IMG/VR virus record: IMGVR_UViG_3300020161_000333
Location: 1 to 37,722 of that record
DNA length: 37,722 nt
Strand: one strand, 5' to 3'
Source: a virus
Taxonomy: Duplodnaviria; Caudoviricetes
Of the stretch, positions 24,006 to 34,038 are shown in pieces. The notes below the pieces were generated by a model. It searched no databases and was not told the origin of the DNA. It saw nothing but the letters and a program-made list of their open reading frames with translations. Position 1 is the stretch's first letter; each line of letters starts with the position of its first letter. Made by a program: the position numbers and the translations under genes.

Positions 24006-24682
24006 AACACAGCCTCAAAAGCCACAAAGTTACCAGACCATTGAATGAATGAATCATTGGTAATTGGCATTAAAGAGTAAGTAGGGTATTCCCGCAGAAT
24101 TACAGGGAATGTAGTTCCGGTATATGAACTGCCGCCCATGCTAACCGTTGTACCGTATTGACCAATTACCGCAGCTATAGGACTGGTTACAGTAGTTAAT
24201 AAATTCCTATGGACAGGAATGTTTACAGTAGAACCAGAACCACGCTGAACGTCCGAAGTCGCAATGTAAGAGTAAAGACCAACCTGACAAAAATCGCCTT
24301 TTCTTACAATGTATGCCGACGAACTAATAGAAGGTAAAGAACCCAAGACAAGCGTTTTATTGGCCGAAGCAGTTTGCCATTGGCAAGCACTAATCTGGCC
24401 TGAAGTCATATCACCTTGATACTCAATATAGTTAATCCAGCCGGTAGTGCCAAAATTCAGATATTGAGTTAATGACTTGTCGTAATACCGTAAATCCGCA
24501 AGTAAATTCCTATTCTCAGAATAAAGTAAATAGTTCATTGGCTTCATCGTAAAAGCAAACGGAACTACCGTCAGAATTTCACTTGTTGAAATCCTTTGAT
24601 TCCGGCTTAACATTTGACCAACAAACCTCTGGTCGTTAATTCCAACCGATTCAGAGATTGCAAGAATAGTATTTAAACTCAT
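24002..24682 (-). CDS. Distal tail protein (putative)
   Basis: Immediately after the tape measure gene; 226 aa; ends FEAV. Confidence 0.65.
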   Translation of the reverse strand: MSLNTILAISESVGINDQRFVGQMLSRNQRISTSEILTVVPFAFTMKPMNYLLYSENRNLLADLRYYDKSLTQYLNFGTTGWINYIEYQGDMTSGQISACQWQTASANKTLVLGSLPSISSSAYIVRKGDFCQVGLYSYIATSDVQRGSGSTVNIPVHRNLLTTVTSPIAAVIGQYGTTVSMGGSSYTGTTFPVILREYPTYSLMPITNDSFIQWSGNFVAFEAVL

Positions 24683-24684
24683 GA

Positions 24685-27345
24685 TTACCTACTTTGCGGA
24701 ACTGACCGCGAGGCCGATTGGTTAGCTGCCCATACTGATTCTTTATTCCTTGCCAAAAATTGCGCCGCAGACTGCGTATCAATGGCTTGCATGTTCGCAA
24801 TATAAGGGCCGTTATACACTACTTGCGGTGCGCTAGTCATTCCTGCCATTTGCTGATTAGGAATGATTGTTCCTGCGTTTCTAGGTATAAACAGTTCAGG
24901 GCCATTTTCGCCAACCAATGTAGGGCCGGAAATATAACCACCATCTGCGGCAGTCGCAAATCCACCAGTAGAAAATCCAAAGTCACCAACCATCGGAGTT
25001 CCGCCAGCAGTTGTCGCAGCGCCACCGCTAAATAACCCGCCAAACCCCTTAAACATTTGGAGCATTTGGGATTTCAGGTAAATAGCCAAAATGTCCTGAA
25101 TGATTGACCGCGTAAGGTCTTTAAACGATAGCTTACCTGTCTTAACAAAGTTATCTATCGCGTTTTCCATGTTGCCAAAAACAGCTTGATTTACGTCGCG
25201 CAATACTTTCAATCGCTCAGTAAGACCAATAACTTCTTCCCTACGCTGTTGTATTAATTGCTGATTGGCAATCAAATCATTGCCACGCTGACCAAACTCA
25301 GGATTATCAAGAATCTTTTGGCGGATAGCAGCAATCTTTTGCTCAGTCTCCAATCGACTTAAAGCAATATCTCTTTCCGCGTCTGTCATTAACAGATTTT
25401 CACTGTAAATTTCCAGCTTTCGCTTTTCCATTGCTAAAGAATCAGATTCAGTCTTTTGTGCATCACGCACAGCTTTTTCTGTTTCTACCGCTTTTTGTGC
25501 AAGTTTTACCCTGCCATCAAGAATTTCTTTTTGGGCATAGGCTTGGGTTAATAACTCCGCGCTAATTCGTTTTTGTTCTTCAGAAAGCGACGGATTAGCC
25601 ATAACCTTAGCAATTTCATCTGCTAATTTTGCGCGAACTTTTATTTGCTCTATATCATCTTGCGTAACTACCTTTTGACTTTCAAACAAATTCAATAATT
25701 CTCTATTGGCATCAACCTCTACCCATACAGAACTAATCTTTTCGTTAATGGATTTTTGAGCCTCAAATTCCATTGCGTTGCGTTTTTGAATACGCTCCGA
25801 TTCAATGTTATTGAGTTCCGCAACTAATTGATTTTCATTTTGCAGTATGTTTTGTTGCTTTTCTTTATCATTTTTCTTTTGATATTCTAATATTGCATCT
25901 TGAGTTTTCTTGTTTGCTTCTTCATCAATTTTTGCCAAACCAAAAGAATTAGCTAAACGCTGTTGATATAAACCTTCGTTTAAAGTTTTCCTTAATTGAT
26001 ATTCTTTATCTATAAGAGCTTCTAACGGAGTTGCTATTTCAATTTTTCGGCGTTCATCTTCCGCCTTTTTTTCATCGCTTTCTCTTTTTTTATTATCTTC
26101 GCTAATTTTTTTAGACAAAGCAAAATATTGGTCTGTGTATTCTTTTAATCTTTTCTTTGCAACATCACTACCAAATCCAGTGGGAGCATTTGCTAAAGTT
26201 TCATAAACTCCAATTTGCTGTGCAAGTTTGTCTAATTTCTCTAAATCTGTATCTGGAGCACCAATGTTTTTGATTCTCTCAAAAGCATCGGCAATAGAAT
26301 TCCAAAGTTTAGCAAGCGTTCCTAATTGCGGAGTTTGCTTTTCTAACTTTTCATTTAATGCCTGAGAAAGCGTAACAATAGCGCCCTGTTTATCACCGGC
26401 CCTTTCTAACGCTTCAATTTGACGGTATTGGGCAAGCGTCAAAAAGTTATATTTTTCATTCAGGTTTTTAGCTGAAGATGCCGTTCCGTTAAACGCGGAA
26501 GTAAGTTCTTTGCCGACAACATCAACAGATTGGCCGCTAAGTCTTGATACAAGCGCAATAGACTGCGCGACAGATTCAATAGATTTAGATGTGAACTGAC
26601 CGGACGAAGCTAATGATGCAAATATGTCTTTTGCATCCTTTAATCCAACCATACCGCCGCCAGCAAGTGATTGGGCTAATCCTTTAAACTTGTCAAAGGT
26701 CAATCCAGCAGTATTTCCAGATAGAATTAAAGAGTTATTAAACTCTTTAAATTCCTCATTGCCTTTGTACGCAGCGTAAGCGAGAGTTCCAAATGCCGCA
26801 GCTAATCCGCCTACAACAACCCTTGTTAAAGTTAATACTTGAGCAAAGGCTTTAAATACATTGGTTACACCGCCGAACTGGTCGCGTAACTGACCGCCCT
26901 GTTGCAGCAATACAAGCATCGGATTTTGACCACCCGCAAGACTAGTCACAATATCCGTTGTCTGATAGCTAAGAGCCTGTAACTGATAGGTCGTTAAACC
27001 AGTTGTTTTTAATGCTTCTTGTTGTAATTTTTTGTTTTTGGCAACAGCATCATCCAACGCTTTTGCTTGGTCTATAAGAGCTTGTTTTCTTAATGCAGTA
27101 GCACGCTCAAATCTTCCGCCATCAGAAAATTCTCTTTGTATTTTTTCTAAATTAGTAAGTTCTTTGCCGTAATCTTTTGCGGCATAACCTAACTTTAATA
27201 TTTCTTTTTCAATATCTTTATTTTGTTTAGTAATTTCTCTTTTTAAACGGTTTTCCGCAGCAATGGCTTGATTAACTTCTTTTTCCCATTCCCCGGCGTT
27301 AAGGGTCATTATTACGCCGAGGCGCGCAAGAATTTGATTAGACAT
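24685..27345 (-). CDS. Tape measure protein (lambda-family)
   Basis: QTTDIVTSLAGGQNPMLVLLQQGGQLRD, TGKLSFKDL..SII.D, VGENGPELFIP. Confidence 0.95.
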   Translation of the reverse strand: MSNQILARLGVIMTLNAGEWEKEVNQAIAAENRLKREITKQNKDIEKEILKLGYAAKDYGKELTNLEKIQREFSDGGRFERATALRKQALIDQAKALDDAVAKNKKLQQEALKTTGLTTYQLQALSYQTTDIVTSLAGGQNPMLVLLQQGGQLRDQFGGVTNVFKAFAQVLTLTRVVVGGLAAAFGTLAYAAYKGNEEFKEFNNSLILSGNTAGLTFDKFKGLAQSLAGGGMVGLKDAKDIFASLASSGQFTSKSIESVAQSIALVSRLSGQSVDVVGKELTSAFNGTASSAKNLNEKYNFLTLAQYRQIEALERAGDKQGAIVTLSQALNEKLEKQTPQLGTLAKLWNSIADAFERIKNIGAPDTDLEKLDKLAQQIGVYETLANAPTGFGSDVAKKRLKEYTDQYFALSKKISEDNKKRESDEKKAEDERRKIEIATPLEALIDKEYQLRKTLNEGLYQQRLANSFGLAKIDEEANKKTQDAILEYQKKNDKEKQQNILQNENQLVAELNNIESERIQKRNAMEFEAQKSINEKISSVWVEVDANRELLNLFESQKVVTQDDIEQIKVRAKLADEIAKVMANPSLSEEQKRISAELLTQAYAQKEILDGRVKLAQKAVETEKAVRDAQKTESDSLAMEKRKLEIYSENLLMTDAERDIALSRLETEQKIAAIRQKILDNPEFGQRGNDLIANQQLIQQRREEVIGLTERLKVLRDVNQAVFGNMENAIDNFVKTGKLSFKDLTRSIIQDILAIYLKSQMLQMFKGFGGLFSGGAATTAGGTPMVGDFGFSTGGFATAADGGYISGPTLVGENGPELFIPRNAGTIIPNQQMAGMTSAPQVVYNGPYIANMQAIDTQSAAQFLARNKESVWAANQSASRSVPQSR

Positions 27346-27352
27346 AATTAAC

Positions 27353-27823
27353 CTATACCATTGGTGTTACGTTTTTCATGAACGACTTTAATTGATGCGC
27401 TAATTGCTCTTTTAGTATGCTAAGTGCTTCTTCCGCGCCAGTCTCCATAGAAATTCTTAGATAAGGATGCGCTGGAGTATTGGCGTTACCAAATTCTTGC
27501 GACAAAGAAACAGCAGATTTCTTTACAGACACCATTCCCCAAACAACATCGCCTTCACGGTAAAAGGATGATTGTTTATCTTTTTCGTTTGGAAGTCTTA
27601 CGGTTATCTTTGCGGTATCCCTTAAATGAATTCCAGACTTGTTTGTTTGTTCATCATAAGGTGCATTTGCAACAACATTATCCAAAACTGGCCGTAATGC
27701 TTTGCGAACAGAATTGACCGTTCCCTTTTTCAAGACTTCTTCAGGTCTGTAAAAGGAAAACAAAACATCCATTTGTTCTTTTAGTTGGTCAAAACCAGTA
27801 ACTTCAAAAGTTTTATTTGCCAT
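27353..27823 (-). CDS. HK97 gp10-like tail component
   Basis: EVTGFDQL...NAP...HLRD...EFGNANTPAHPYLR. Confidence 0.8.
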   Translation of the reverse strand: MANKTFEVTGFDQLKEQMDVLFSFYRPEEVLKKGTVNSVRKALRPVLDNVVANAPYDEQTNKSGIHLRDTAKITVRLPNEKDKQSSFYREGDVVWGMVSVKKSAVSLSQEFGNANTPAHPYLRISMETGAEEALSILKEQLAHQLKSFMKNVTPMV

Positions 27824-28157
27824 CAAAACACCTTTGGAGCGTTAGGCGACATTCTAGCAAATGAGAGCAATTTATTATTTGCCTCTATTGCCTTTTCTTC
27901 TTCAGTTAATGGCGGAACAATGTATTCAAAAGTTGACGGAAGCACATCCTCCATACGGTATGGCTTCGCGTCTTTTCTGAGTTTGGAATTGAGATTGCCG
28001 GTAGTAAGGGAACTCAAAGCAATCAAGTTTGCCTTGCTTCCCAACATACCATCATTCAACATAATCTCAATATTTCTCATATCGTCCGATGGTATGTTAT
28101 CGGGATACCCACCATGAGCATAAATATATGCTCTAGCTTGTTGGTGAATATCCCTGA
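27823..28157 (-). CDS. Tail assembly chaperone C-terminal extension (gpT-like), reached by -1 frameshift
   Basis: The -1 frame from the slippery site reads LIRDIHQQARAYIYAHGGYPDNIPSDD without a stop into ORF 27823-28080. Confidence 0.8.
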
Positions 28158-28616
28158 TTAGTTTTTTCGCGCTTCTTTATATCCCGGCTGAATAGACTCA
28201 GTAATACGTTCCAACATTTCAAATTGAATGGACATTGGGAATTCTGCTTCAATGTCCTCGTAAGTAATATCGCTAAAATCACCAGATTCAGGGATTAGCA
28301 ATTTAAAATATTCAAGAATCCTTTGTTCCATCTGAATGACGGATACGCAAGTATCACGCAAGTTCATTGGTTTTCCATCAATGACAATATCATCATTGAC
28401 AAATTCAACACCACTTACGGATTCCTGTTTGACGTTATTAACCATCTTGTCAAACCTTGCGTCAACTTTCTCTTTAGGAGCCGATTTAATACGCTCAGAA
28501 ATGGCTTCCATTTCAGACGATAACGGAACCTTTACCTTGAATTTATTACCTGCCAATTCAAAGGTTTTAATGCGGATAGAATCATTAATCTTTAACGCAG
28601 AGGCAATTTTGCTCAT
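28158..28616 (-). CDS. Tail assembly chaperone (gpG-like)
   Basis: Between major tail and TMP genes; ends in a slippery heptamer. Confidence 0.8.
   Translation of the reverse strand: MSKIASALKINDSIRIKTFELAGNKFKVKVPLSSEMEAISERIKSAPKEKVDARFDKMVNNVKQESVSGVEFVNDDIVIDGKPMNLRDTCVSVIQMEQRILEYFKLLIPESGDFSDITYEDIEAEFPMSIQFEMLERITESIQPGYKEARKN
28161..28167 (-). other. Programmed -1 frameshift slippery site A AAA AAC
   Basis: CGA AAA AAC TAA at the end of the chaperone gene; X XXY YYZ. Confidence 0.8.
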
Positions 28617-28843
28617 TTAGTATCTACCTTTATCATTTTGTCGTATATAGCATCATTAAGCCGTTTAGCGTAATCGGCCACTTCTTCAGGACTCATTTTA
28701 TCGGCATGATATTTTGCAATCTCATACGCAATATTGATTCCCGCAATTCTTTGTTGGTGAAACCCAAACCAATTCTTTGTTCCAGAATTGGCTTGGGTCA
28801 CTAAATAACTAAACAGGTCGTTACTGTTTTGTATTGTGGTCAT
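28613..28843 (-). CDS. Hypothetical protein between major tail and chaperone genes
   Basis: AGAG RBS before ATG 28843; ATGA-type 4-nt overlap with the next gene. Confidence 0.65.
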   Translation of the reverse strand: MTTIQNSNDLFSYLVTQANSGTKNWFGFHQQRIAGINIAYEIAKYHADKMSPEEVADYAKRLNDAIYDKMIKVDTK

Positions 28844-28853
28844 TTTTTCTCTT

Positions 28854-29375
28854 TTAGTTGTTAGACCAGCCGTAGCTATTGCCACCAACCGGGTGAATCG
28901 TAAAGATAAACTTACCTTCAGCAGAAGGCGACATATCCCATTGCAGACCGCCTACGCGAGCATTAAAGGCATATGCCACGGTATCAGTGCCATCATAAAC
29001 TGCGATAACGAAGGTGCGGATAATGGTGCCACTGTAGCCATCGTCGCGGATTAACAGTTGCGCGGTATCAGCCGGATTCCACGCAGAAGTAATAGTCAAC
29101 GAAGTTACTTGGTTCTGAGTGGTAATTTTTGCGCCGGTACGAGCGCCAGCAACCGAGAAAGCCGCTGAAGCATCGTCCGCACCAAAAGAGGGAATAGCCT
29201 CTACCGGAACATTAATACCAGCAGTACCAGTGCCGCCAGCGGAAGTGCCGACAATAGTTTCAACTTGAGCAGCCCAAGTTGACAGTTGAGTGTCGGTCAG
29301 GGGAGTCGGAGTAGCATCGTCTTGCATCCAGAGGGTCGCAACATATCCGGGCAAGACCTTATTAATCAGAGCCAT
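28854..29375 (-). CDS. Major tail tube protein
   Basis: 173 aa after the terminator protein; AAGGA RBS; high-expression-like codon usage. Confidence 0.8.
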   Translation of the reverse strand: MALINKVLPGYVATLWMQDDATPTPLTDTQLSTWAAQVETIVGTSAGGTGTAGINVPVEAIPSFGADDASAAFSVAGARTGAKITTQNQVTSLTITSAWNPADTAQLLIRDDGYSGTIIRTFVIAVYDGTDTVAYAFNARVGGLQWDMSPSAEGKFIFTIHPVGGNSYGWSNN

Positions 29376-29412
29376 TTTTTAATTCCTTAATAAAGTTAAT
29401 AAAAGTCTTGTT

Positions 29413-29826
29413 TTATGTTGGAACATATATTGTGCAATCCAAGATAATTTGGTTAAGACCTAGCTCATTATCATAGGTGTTATATAACCAATATACATCG
29501 GATTTTGCTACAAAGAACCCAGATACCCCTCCAAATTGGCCGGAATACCCATGAAGCGATTGTAATATTGTATTACTTAAACCAAAAGCATCATTCATTG
29601 ATTGTGAAAAAATGCTTATTTGGAATGTTGGAGTATCAATACCTTTATTGTCTTGCGTTTGGCCTGTGTAAACCGGCTGATGAATATTCCGCAGTTGCCA
29701 AGTAATGAAACTAGGCTCAGTAGCGAAATTACGGTTAAAGACCGCATACACGGGCGTAGGCGAGACAATATCCGACAGTTGGTATTGTATTGCCGAAGCA
29801 TAGTCCAAAGGATTCTGTTGGCTCAT
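29413..29826 (-). CDS. Tail terminator/completion protein (DUF3168-like)
   Basis: PVY...PSFITW...FQISIFS; synteny. Confidence 0.75.
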   Translation of the reverse strand: MSQQNPLDYASAIQYQLSDIVSPTPVYAVFNRNFATEPSFITWQLRNIHQPVYTGQTQDNKGIDTPTFQISIFSQSMNDAFGLSNTILQSLHGYSGQFGGVSGFFVAKSDVYWLYNTYDNELGLNQIILDCTIYVPT

Positions 29827-30167
29827 ACGGGAACCACGGGGTCATTGCGATAGCACATAAAAGTAACTTTCATCCTATCGTTACTTTCCCGAACGTCACC
29901 AATACGCCAATCAAACCCCCTGTAAGTAATACTGTAAAGGTTTTGATTGTTTACAATTTCTTTCGTGTTTGGCGTGTAGTTGACCGTAAGATTAACAATG
30001 TCCGAATAAGAGCGATAACGGTCTGAAATCCTAAGACTATTAACCACATCGGAAACCAAAGCGCGAGTATCAAACCACTTCGTAATAGTCGTAGTGTATT
30101 CACCAATAGTGTTAATGCCATTGGTAACATTGTTTACGCTTATGTTTTCGTATCTGGTAATAGCCAT
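29823..30167 (-). CDS. Head closure / head-tail adaptor
   Basis: 114 aa; NTIGE...W; synteny after the connector. Confidence 0.75.
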   Translation of the reverse strand: MAITRYENISVNNVTNGINTIGEYTTTITKWFDTRALVSDVVNSLRISDRYRSYSDIVNLTVNYTPNTKEIVNNQNLYSITYRGFDWRIGDVRESNDRMKVTFMCYRNDPVVPV

Positions 30168-30823
30168 TACATAACCAAAGGTTTATAAGGCCGCAATAAC
30201 GCTTTAACGCCAAACGGAAGTTCATGTAACTTTCCGGCAGTCGTTTCTGAGCGATTGTTATAAAGGTGCGTTAAAAGCAACAATCCCGCTTGCTGAATTA
30301 CTGGATACTGAGCAATGAAGTTAGCCGGAACCGTGTATAAAACTTGCAGCGGATTAGCAATTACTTGGCTAATGCTATTAGGAACACTTTTAAGAACCAC
30401 ACGATTTCCAGTGGGGTCGTAATAGTACTGAGTGTTACTAATAACTACCGCAGACGGAGAGGGGTCGCCGGTATAGCACTTAACTTCATTGATAGTAACG
30501 CCAGCATTGCCAATAGATACTTCCGGCAAGTCTAAATAAATTGCGTTACTGAAGAATCCCGGATTGCCGTAATAAACCCGATATTGCGTTGAGAACATCG
30601 AAATACCAAGATAGTCCTCAATCGCAAAACGGGTCGCTAACTCTAAACCGCTTAAATACGAATCCTGACTTTCATCATCGAACAGATTTAACTGTTGAGT
30701 GATTTGTTCAAGACTTAACCATTCAGTAACTAAATCACGGCTAACCTGTTCAATTTTTTCGTAATTGAACGGGTTTCTGTTTACAGCAAAAAATGGAGCA
30801 AGCGTAAGATTTTCAATGGACAT
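30167..30823 (-). CDS. Head-tail connector (gp6-like)
   Basis: LSLEQITQQL...IEDYLG...QAGLLLLTHLYNNRS...LPFGVKALLRPYK. Confidence 0.88.
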   Translation of the reverse strand: MSIENLTLAPFFAVNRNPFNYEKIEQVSRDLVTEWLSLEQITQQLNLFDDESQDSYLSGLELATRFAIEDYLGISMFSTQYRVYYGNPGFFSNAIYLDLPEVSIGNAGVTINEVKCYTGDPSPSAVVISNTQYYYDPTGNRVVLKSVPNSISQVIANPLQVLYTVPANFIAQYPVIQQAGLLLLTHLYNNRSETTAGKLHELPFGVKALLRPYKPLVM

Positions 30824-30835
30824 TTGCCGCCCCTA

Positions 30836-31867
30836 TTAAGCACCGTAGAGCCGAACTCCCGCGAATACATCACGAATGGTAGAGCAAGTACGCTTTTCCG
30901 CATACAAAGTAACAAAGCCCGGAGCAGTTTGTTCCATCATTTGCAGCTTCATTTCTTCGTTATCCGCAATCGTCACAAAACGATTCCAAGCGGCAAGATA
31001 AACGGGGAATTTACCGCTTCCGGCTACATCCATATACGGATTAGGAATTACAGGGAAACCGGCGATATGCCCAACTGCGTAACCGTCAACTTCGCCAATA
31101 TCAAGGAACAGCGGCAGTTGTTGGTCGTCGCGCAGTTCGCGCAGATTCTTAATTGTCGTAGGGTGCATCATCCAAGCGGTAGAAGGATTGTTCCAATACT
31201 GCGAGGGTAACGCAGATGCAAGATTCATAATGTCGTTATAACCGACAGAGGCCGCACTAGCTTGGGCAACTTGCAACATCGTATGCCGACCATTGGTATC
31301 AGCCGAACCACTGGTGCCGAACGCCGCTGCACTGGTTGAACCCGTGTAGAAATTCAATCCGCGCAGACCGTCAGTGCTACCAGTTTGCGGAGTAGCAGTT
31401 CCGCTAGAAAGGTCATTGTTCAGAACCATGCTCAAACCTTCTTGTTGGGCAAATTCCAAAGCAATATCTTCAACAATGGTTTCTTGCAGATTATCAATGT
31501 CGGACATAACAGCAGTCCGAATCGGCACAACAGCGTTAATACATTTCAGCGAAATTTGCCAAAACGAAGCGCCGTAATTACCGACGTTATTCTTTACACC
31601 GTAGCCCCACGGATTAGTAGAACCCGTTTGAATTACGGTAGCGTCACCAGTTTTGACAACAAATGCTTCATCGGAGCCAATGGTAGTAATAACACGACTC
31701 ATCATGCGAATAGGGTTAGCGTATCGCAAAGCAGCGAACGCATCGTCGTAAATAACTCGACCGCCGACACCTGAACCCGAAGCGGTAAGCGTAGATGCCT
31801 CTGCGAGATTTACAGTCGCCTCGCCTTCTTTAAGTGTTTTCTTTACTGCTTCAAGAATCAGGCTCAT
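30836..31867 (-). CDS. Second HK97-fold capsid protein paralogue, lacking the long N-terminal scaffold domain
   Basis: Colinear similarity to 31927-33258 (ASTLTASGSGVGGR / SSTLTGSGAGIGGR; LRYANPIR / LRLANPMR; GLRGLN; PGFVTLYAEKR / PGFITFYGEKR). Confidence 0.88.
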   Translation of the reverse strand: MSLILEAVKKTLKEGEATVNLAEASTLTASGSGVGGRVIYDDAFAALRYANPIRMMSRVITTIGSDEAFVVKTGDATVIQTGSTNPWGYGVKNNVGNYGASFWQISLKCINAVVPIRTAVMSDIDNLQETIVEDIALEFAQQEGLSMVLNNDLSSGTATPQTGSTDGLRGLNFYTGSTSAAAFGTSGSADTNGRHTMLQVAQASAASVGYNDIMNLASALPSQYWNNPSTAWMMHPTTIKNLRELRDDQQLPLFLDIGEVDGYAVGHIAGFPVIPNPYMDVAGSGKFPVYLAAWNRFVTIADNEEMKLQMMEQTAPGFVTLYAEKRTCSTIRDVFAGVRLYGA

Positions 31868-31890
31868 AAATATTCCAATCTAATTTTATG

Positions 31891-31920
31891 AAAAGAGGGG
31901 AGCAGGTTTCCCCGCCCCCC
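31891..31920 (-). terminator. Terminator between the two capsid genes
   Basis: GGGGGGCGGG-GAAA-CCTGCTCCCC followed by TCTTTT on the minus strand. Confidence 0.75.
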
Positions 31921-31926
31921 GCCTTT

Positions 31927-33258
31927 TTACAGAGCGCCCGTAGCGGTGGAGCGATACCGAATGATGCTGAACGGGTCAACTACGCTGGTGCAAAGCCGTT
32001 TCTCGCCGTAGAACGTGATGAAACCGGGGAGAGTTTGGTCGTAACGGCGCATAACCATGTTCAGACGGTCAACGATGGTATGTCCACGGCTCCAATCACC
32101 GAAATACATCGGATACAGCGAGTCAGTGCCCGGAGAAGCATCGGGAGCAGTCGGATTGTCAAGATATTTATTCACGACAACATCGAAGCCGAGCAGACGA
32201 CCAACAATACCGTTAGTTTCCAGCGGGGCCATACGCTCAAACACCGGAGTACCGTTATCGTCAACCAGACCACGGATGCCAGCAAGCATCAGCGGGTTAA
32301 TGATAAAGCGGCAACCCGGAGTCCAATACTGTTGCGGCAGGTCATGGATAAAGTCAATCAGGTCTTTGTAACTGACGTTATTTGCCGAACCCGCAGCATT
32401 GGTCGTAATCTGGTCATACGTTGCAATGTCATGCAGACCAGACGAAGAACCAGTGCCGGTTGTGCCAAAATCAGCAACAGTGATTTCACCCGGAGCATAC
32501 GTCGCAGCAGCGCCAGCGTATTGATTCAGACCGCGCAGACCATTCGTGCCGCCATAAGCCGCACCTGCATCTTGGTCGTCGTTCTTAATCATCGACAGTG
32601 CTTCAACTTCCGAGAATTCAACCAGCATGTCCGAAACCACGTTGCTTTCCAGACCATCAATATCGTCCAGCGCAGCGGTACGAATCGGGAATTGCACGTT
32701 CAGGTCTTGCAGCGTCAGTTGCCAGATGTTCGTGCCAACAGTCGTTGCGCCACCGTTGTTCTGAATGGTGTAACCCCAAGCAGGGCCGGTATTGCCGATT
32801 TTGGCGCGGAACTGATACGTTGCGCCTTCCGTCGAAACATTACGCGAAACACCACGCATCGGGTTAGCAAGACGCAGCGGAACAAACATCGGGTCATACG
32901 CGGTGCGACCGCCGATGCCAGCGCCAGAACCAGTCAGAGTCGAACTTTCTTTGAAGAAAGCATCGTATTGGCCTTCGTCAGCGAACATCTTGATTTCTTT
33001 TTCCATCGTGCGACTGGATTTGTAGAAATCGCGCAGTTGTTCTTTGACCGAACGGTTCACATCTTCACGAACGCTTTTAGCGATTTTGATAATCGCCGGG
33101 GTTTGAATCGCGGCAACTTTGGCTTCCAGCGCAGCGACTTGTTCCGTCACTTGGGTTTTTACTTCTTCCAGCGACTTAGCAACTTCGCCTTTGATTTCTT
33201 CCACTTTGGCGACATTAGCCGCTTCAATGGCATCCAGCTTTTCAATGACTTCTTTCAT
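31927..33258 (-). CDS. Major capsid protein, HK97 family
   Basis: N-terminal coiled-coil delta domain; RLLGFDVVVNKYL, YFGDW; follows the protease. Confidence 0.95.
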   Translation of the reverse strand: MKEVIEKLDAIEAANVAKVEEIKGEVAKSLEEVKTQVTEQVAALEAKVAAIQTPAIIKIAKSVREDVNRSVKEQLRDFYKSSRTMEKEIKMFADEGQYDAFFKESSTLTGSGAGIGGRTAYDPMFVPLRLANPMRGVSRNVSTEGATYQFRAKIGNTGPAWGYTIQNNGGATTVGTNIWQLTLQDLNVQFPIRTAALDDIDGLESNVVSDMLVEFSEVEALSMIKNDDQDAGAAYGGTNGLRGLNQYAGAAATYAPGEITVADFGTTGTGSSSGLHDIATYDQITTNAAGSANNVSYKDLIDFIHDLPQQYWTPGCRFIINPLMLAGIRGLVDDNGTPVFERMAPLETNGIVGRLLGFDVVVNKYLDNPTAPDASPGTDSLYPMYFGDWSRGHTIVDRLNMVMRRYDQTLPGFITFYGEKRLCTSVVDPFSIIRYRSTATGAL

Positions 33259-33267
33259 GATATTCCT

Positions 33268-34038
33268 TTATTTAATGCGTTTGGAAATTTCCTTAGAAAG
33301 TTCACGCACTTCAAGAGCGCGTAAAATTTCTTCGGTTTCTTTTGCCGCCGCGTCAGCATCCCGCTGATTTGGGGTATGCTCAAGTTCTACGTCAGCATCC
33401 CGCTTGACATATTCCCTGAGTAAACTAGACGCGGTGGCCGCATCTTTACGCGAAAACCCGGCATCCCGCAGGATTTTCTCGATTTTTCGCTCAGTTAATC
33501 CAGCAAATTCTAATTTGTGGATTTCAGCATTAGGATTGTTTGGATACATGACAACAGATACCTCGCGCAAACCACCTTTGGTAATTTGGAAGTATGCTTC
33601 ATCATCATCTTGTGCTTCTTCGCCATTAGTATTAACCATCATGGCTTCTTCAGCGTAAGCGCCGACTGAAACACCACCAAACAAATTAGGAGATTCTTTG
33701 AGAACCGTATAAAGGTCTGAACCACCAACCGTATTCGTATAAATACGACCAGTTGCAGTCATTCCTTGTTCGTCAAAATTGAATTCTGTCCATTCACCGA
33801 CAGGCATACCCATGTCGTTATGGTTCAGAAACATCGGCAACGGTTTCCCAGATTGCGAAAACTCATTTGCCCAAGATTGAAAACCCTCTGGCTTGTAATA
33901 GAATTTCCGACCGTCCGCGCCTTCACGCGCACCCCAAGTCGTAACCCTAGCTTCAATCTTACCTGACGGACTTTGGCTTTCGTCCGCGCTTTGCTCCAGA
34001 TTTACTTTTGCCTCGCAAACCAGAAGTAGATTTTTCAT
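33268..34038 (-). CDS. Prohead protease, HK97 family
   Basis: PMFLNHN...PVG, GVSVG, LREVSVVMYPNNPNA. Confidence 0.93.
   Translation of the reverse strand: MKNLLLVCEAKVNLEQSADESQSPSGKIEARVTTWGAREGADGRKFYYKPEGFQSWANEFSQSGKPLPMFLNHNDMGMPVGEWTEFNFDEQGMTATGRIYTNTVGGSDLYTVLKESPNLFGGVSVGAYAEEAMMVNTNGEEAQDDDEAYFQITKGGLREVSVVMYPNNPNAEIHKLEFAGLTERKIEKILRDAGFSRKDAATASSLLREYVKRDADVELEHTPNQRDADAAAKETEEILRALEVRELSKEISKRIK

Noticed and set aside
31888-33324. 478-aa plus-strand ORF antisense to the major capsid gene
   Set aside because: Mirror frame kept open by the capsid gene's codon bias; no recognisable domain
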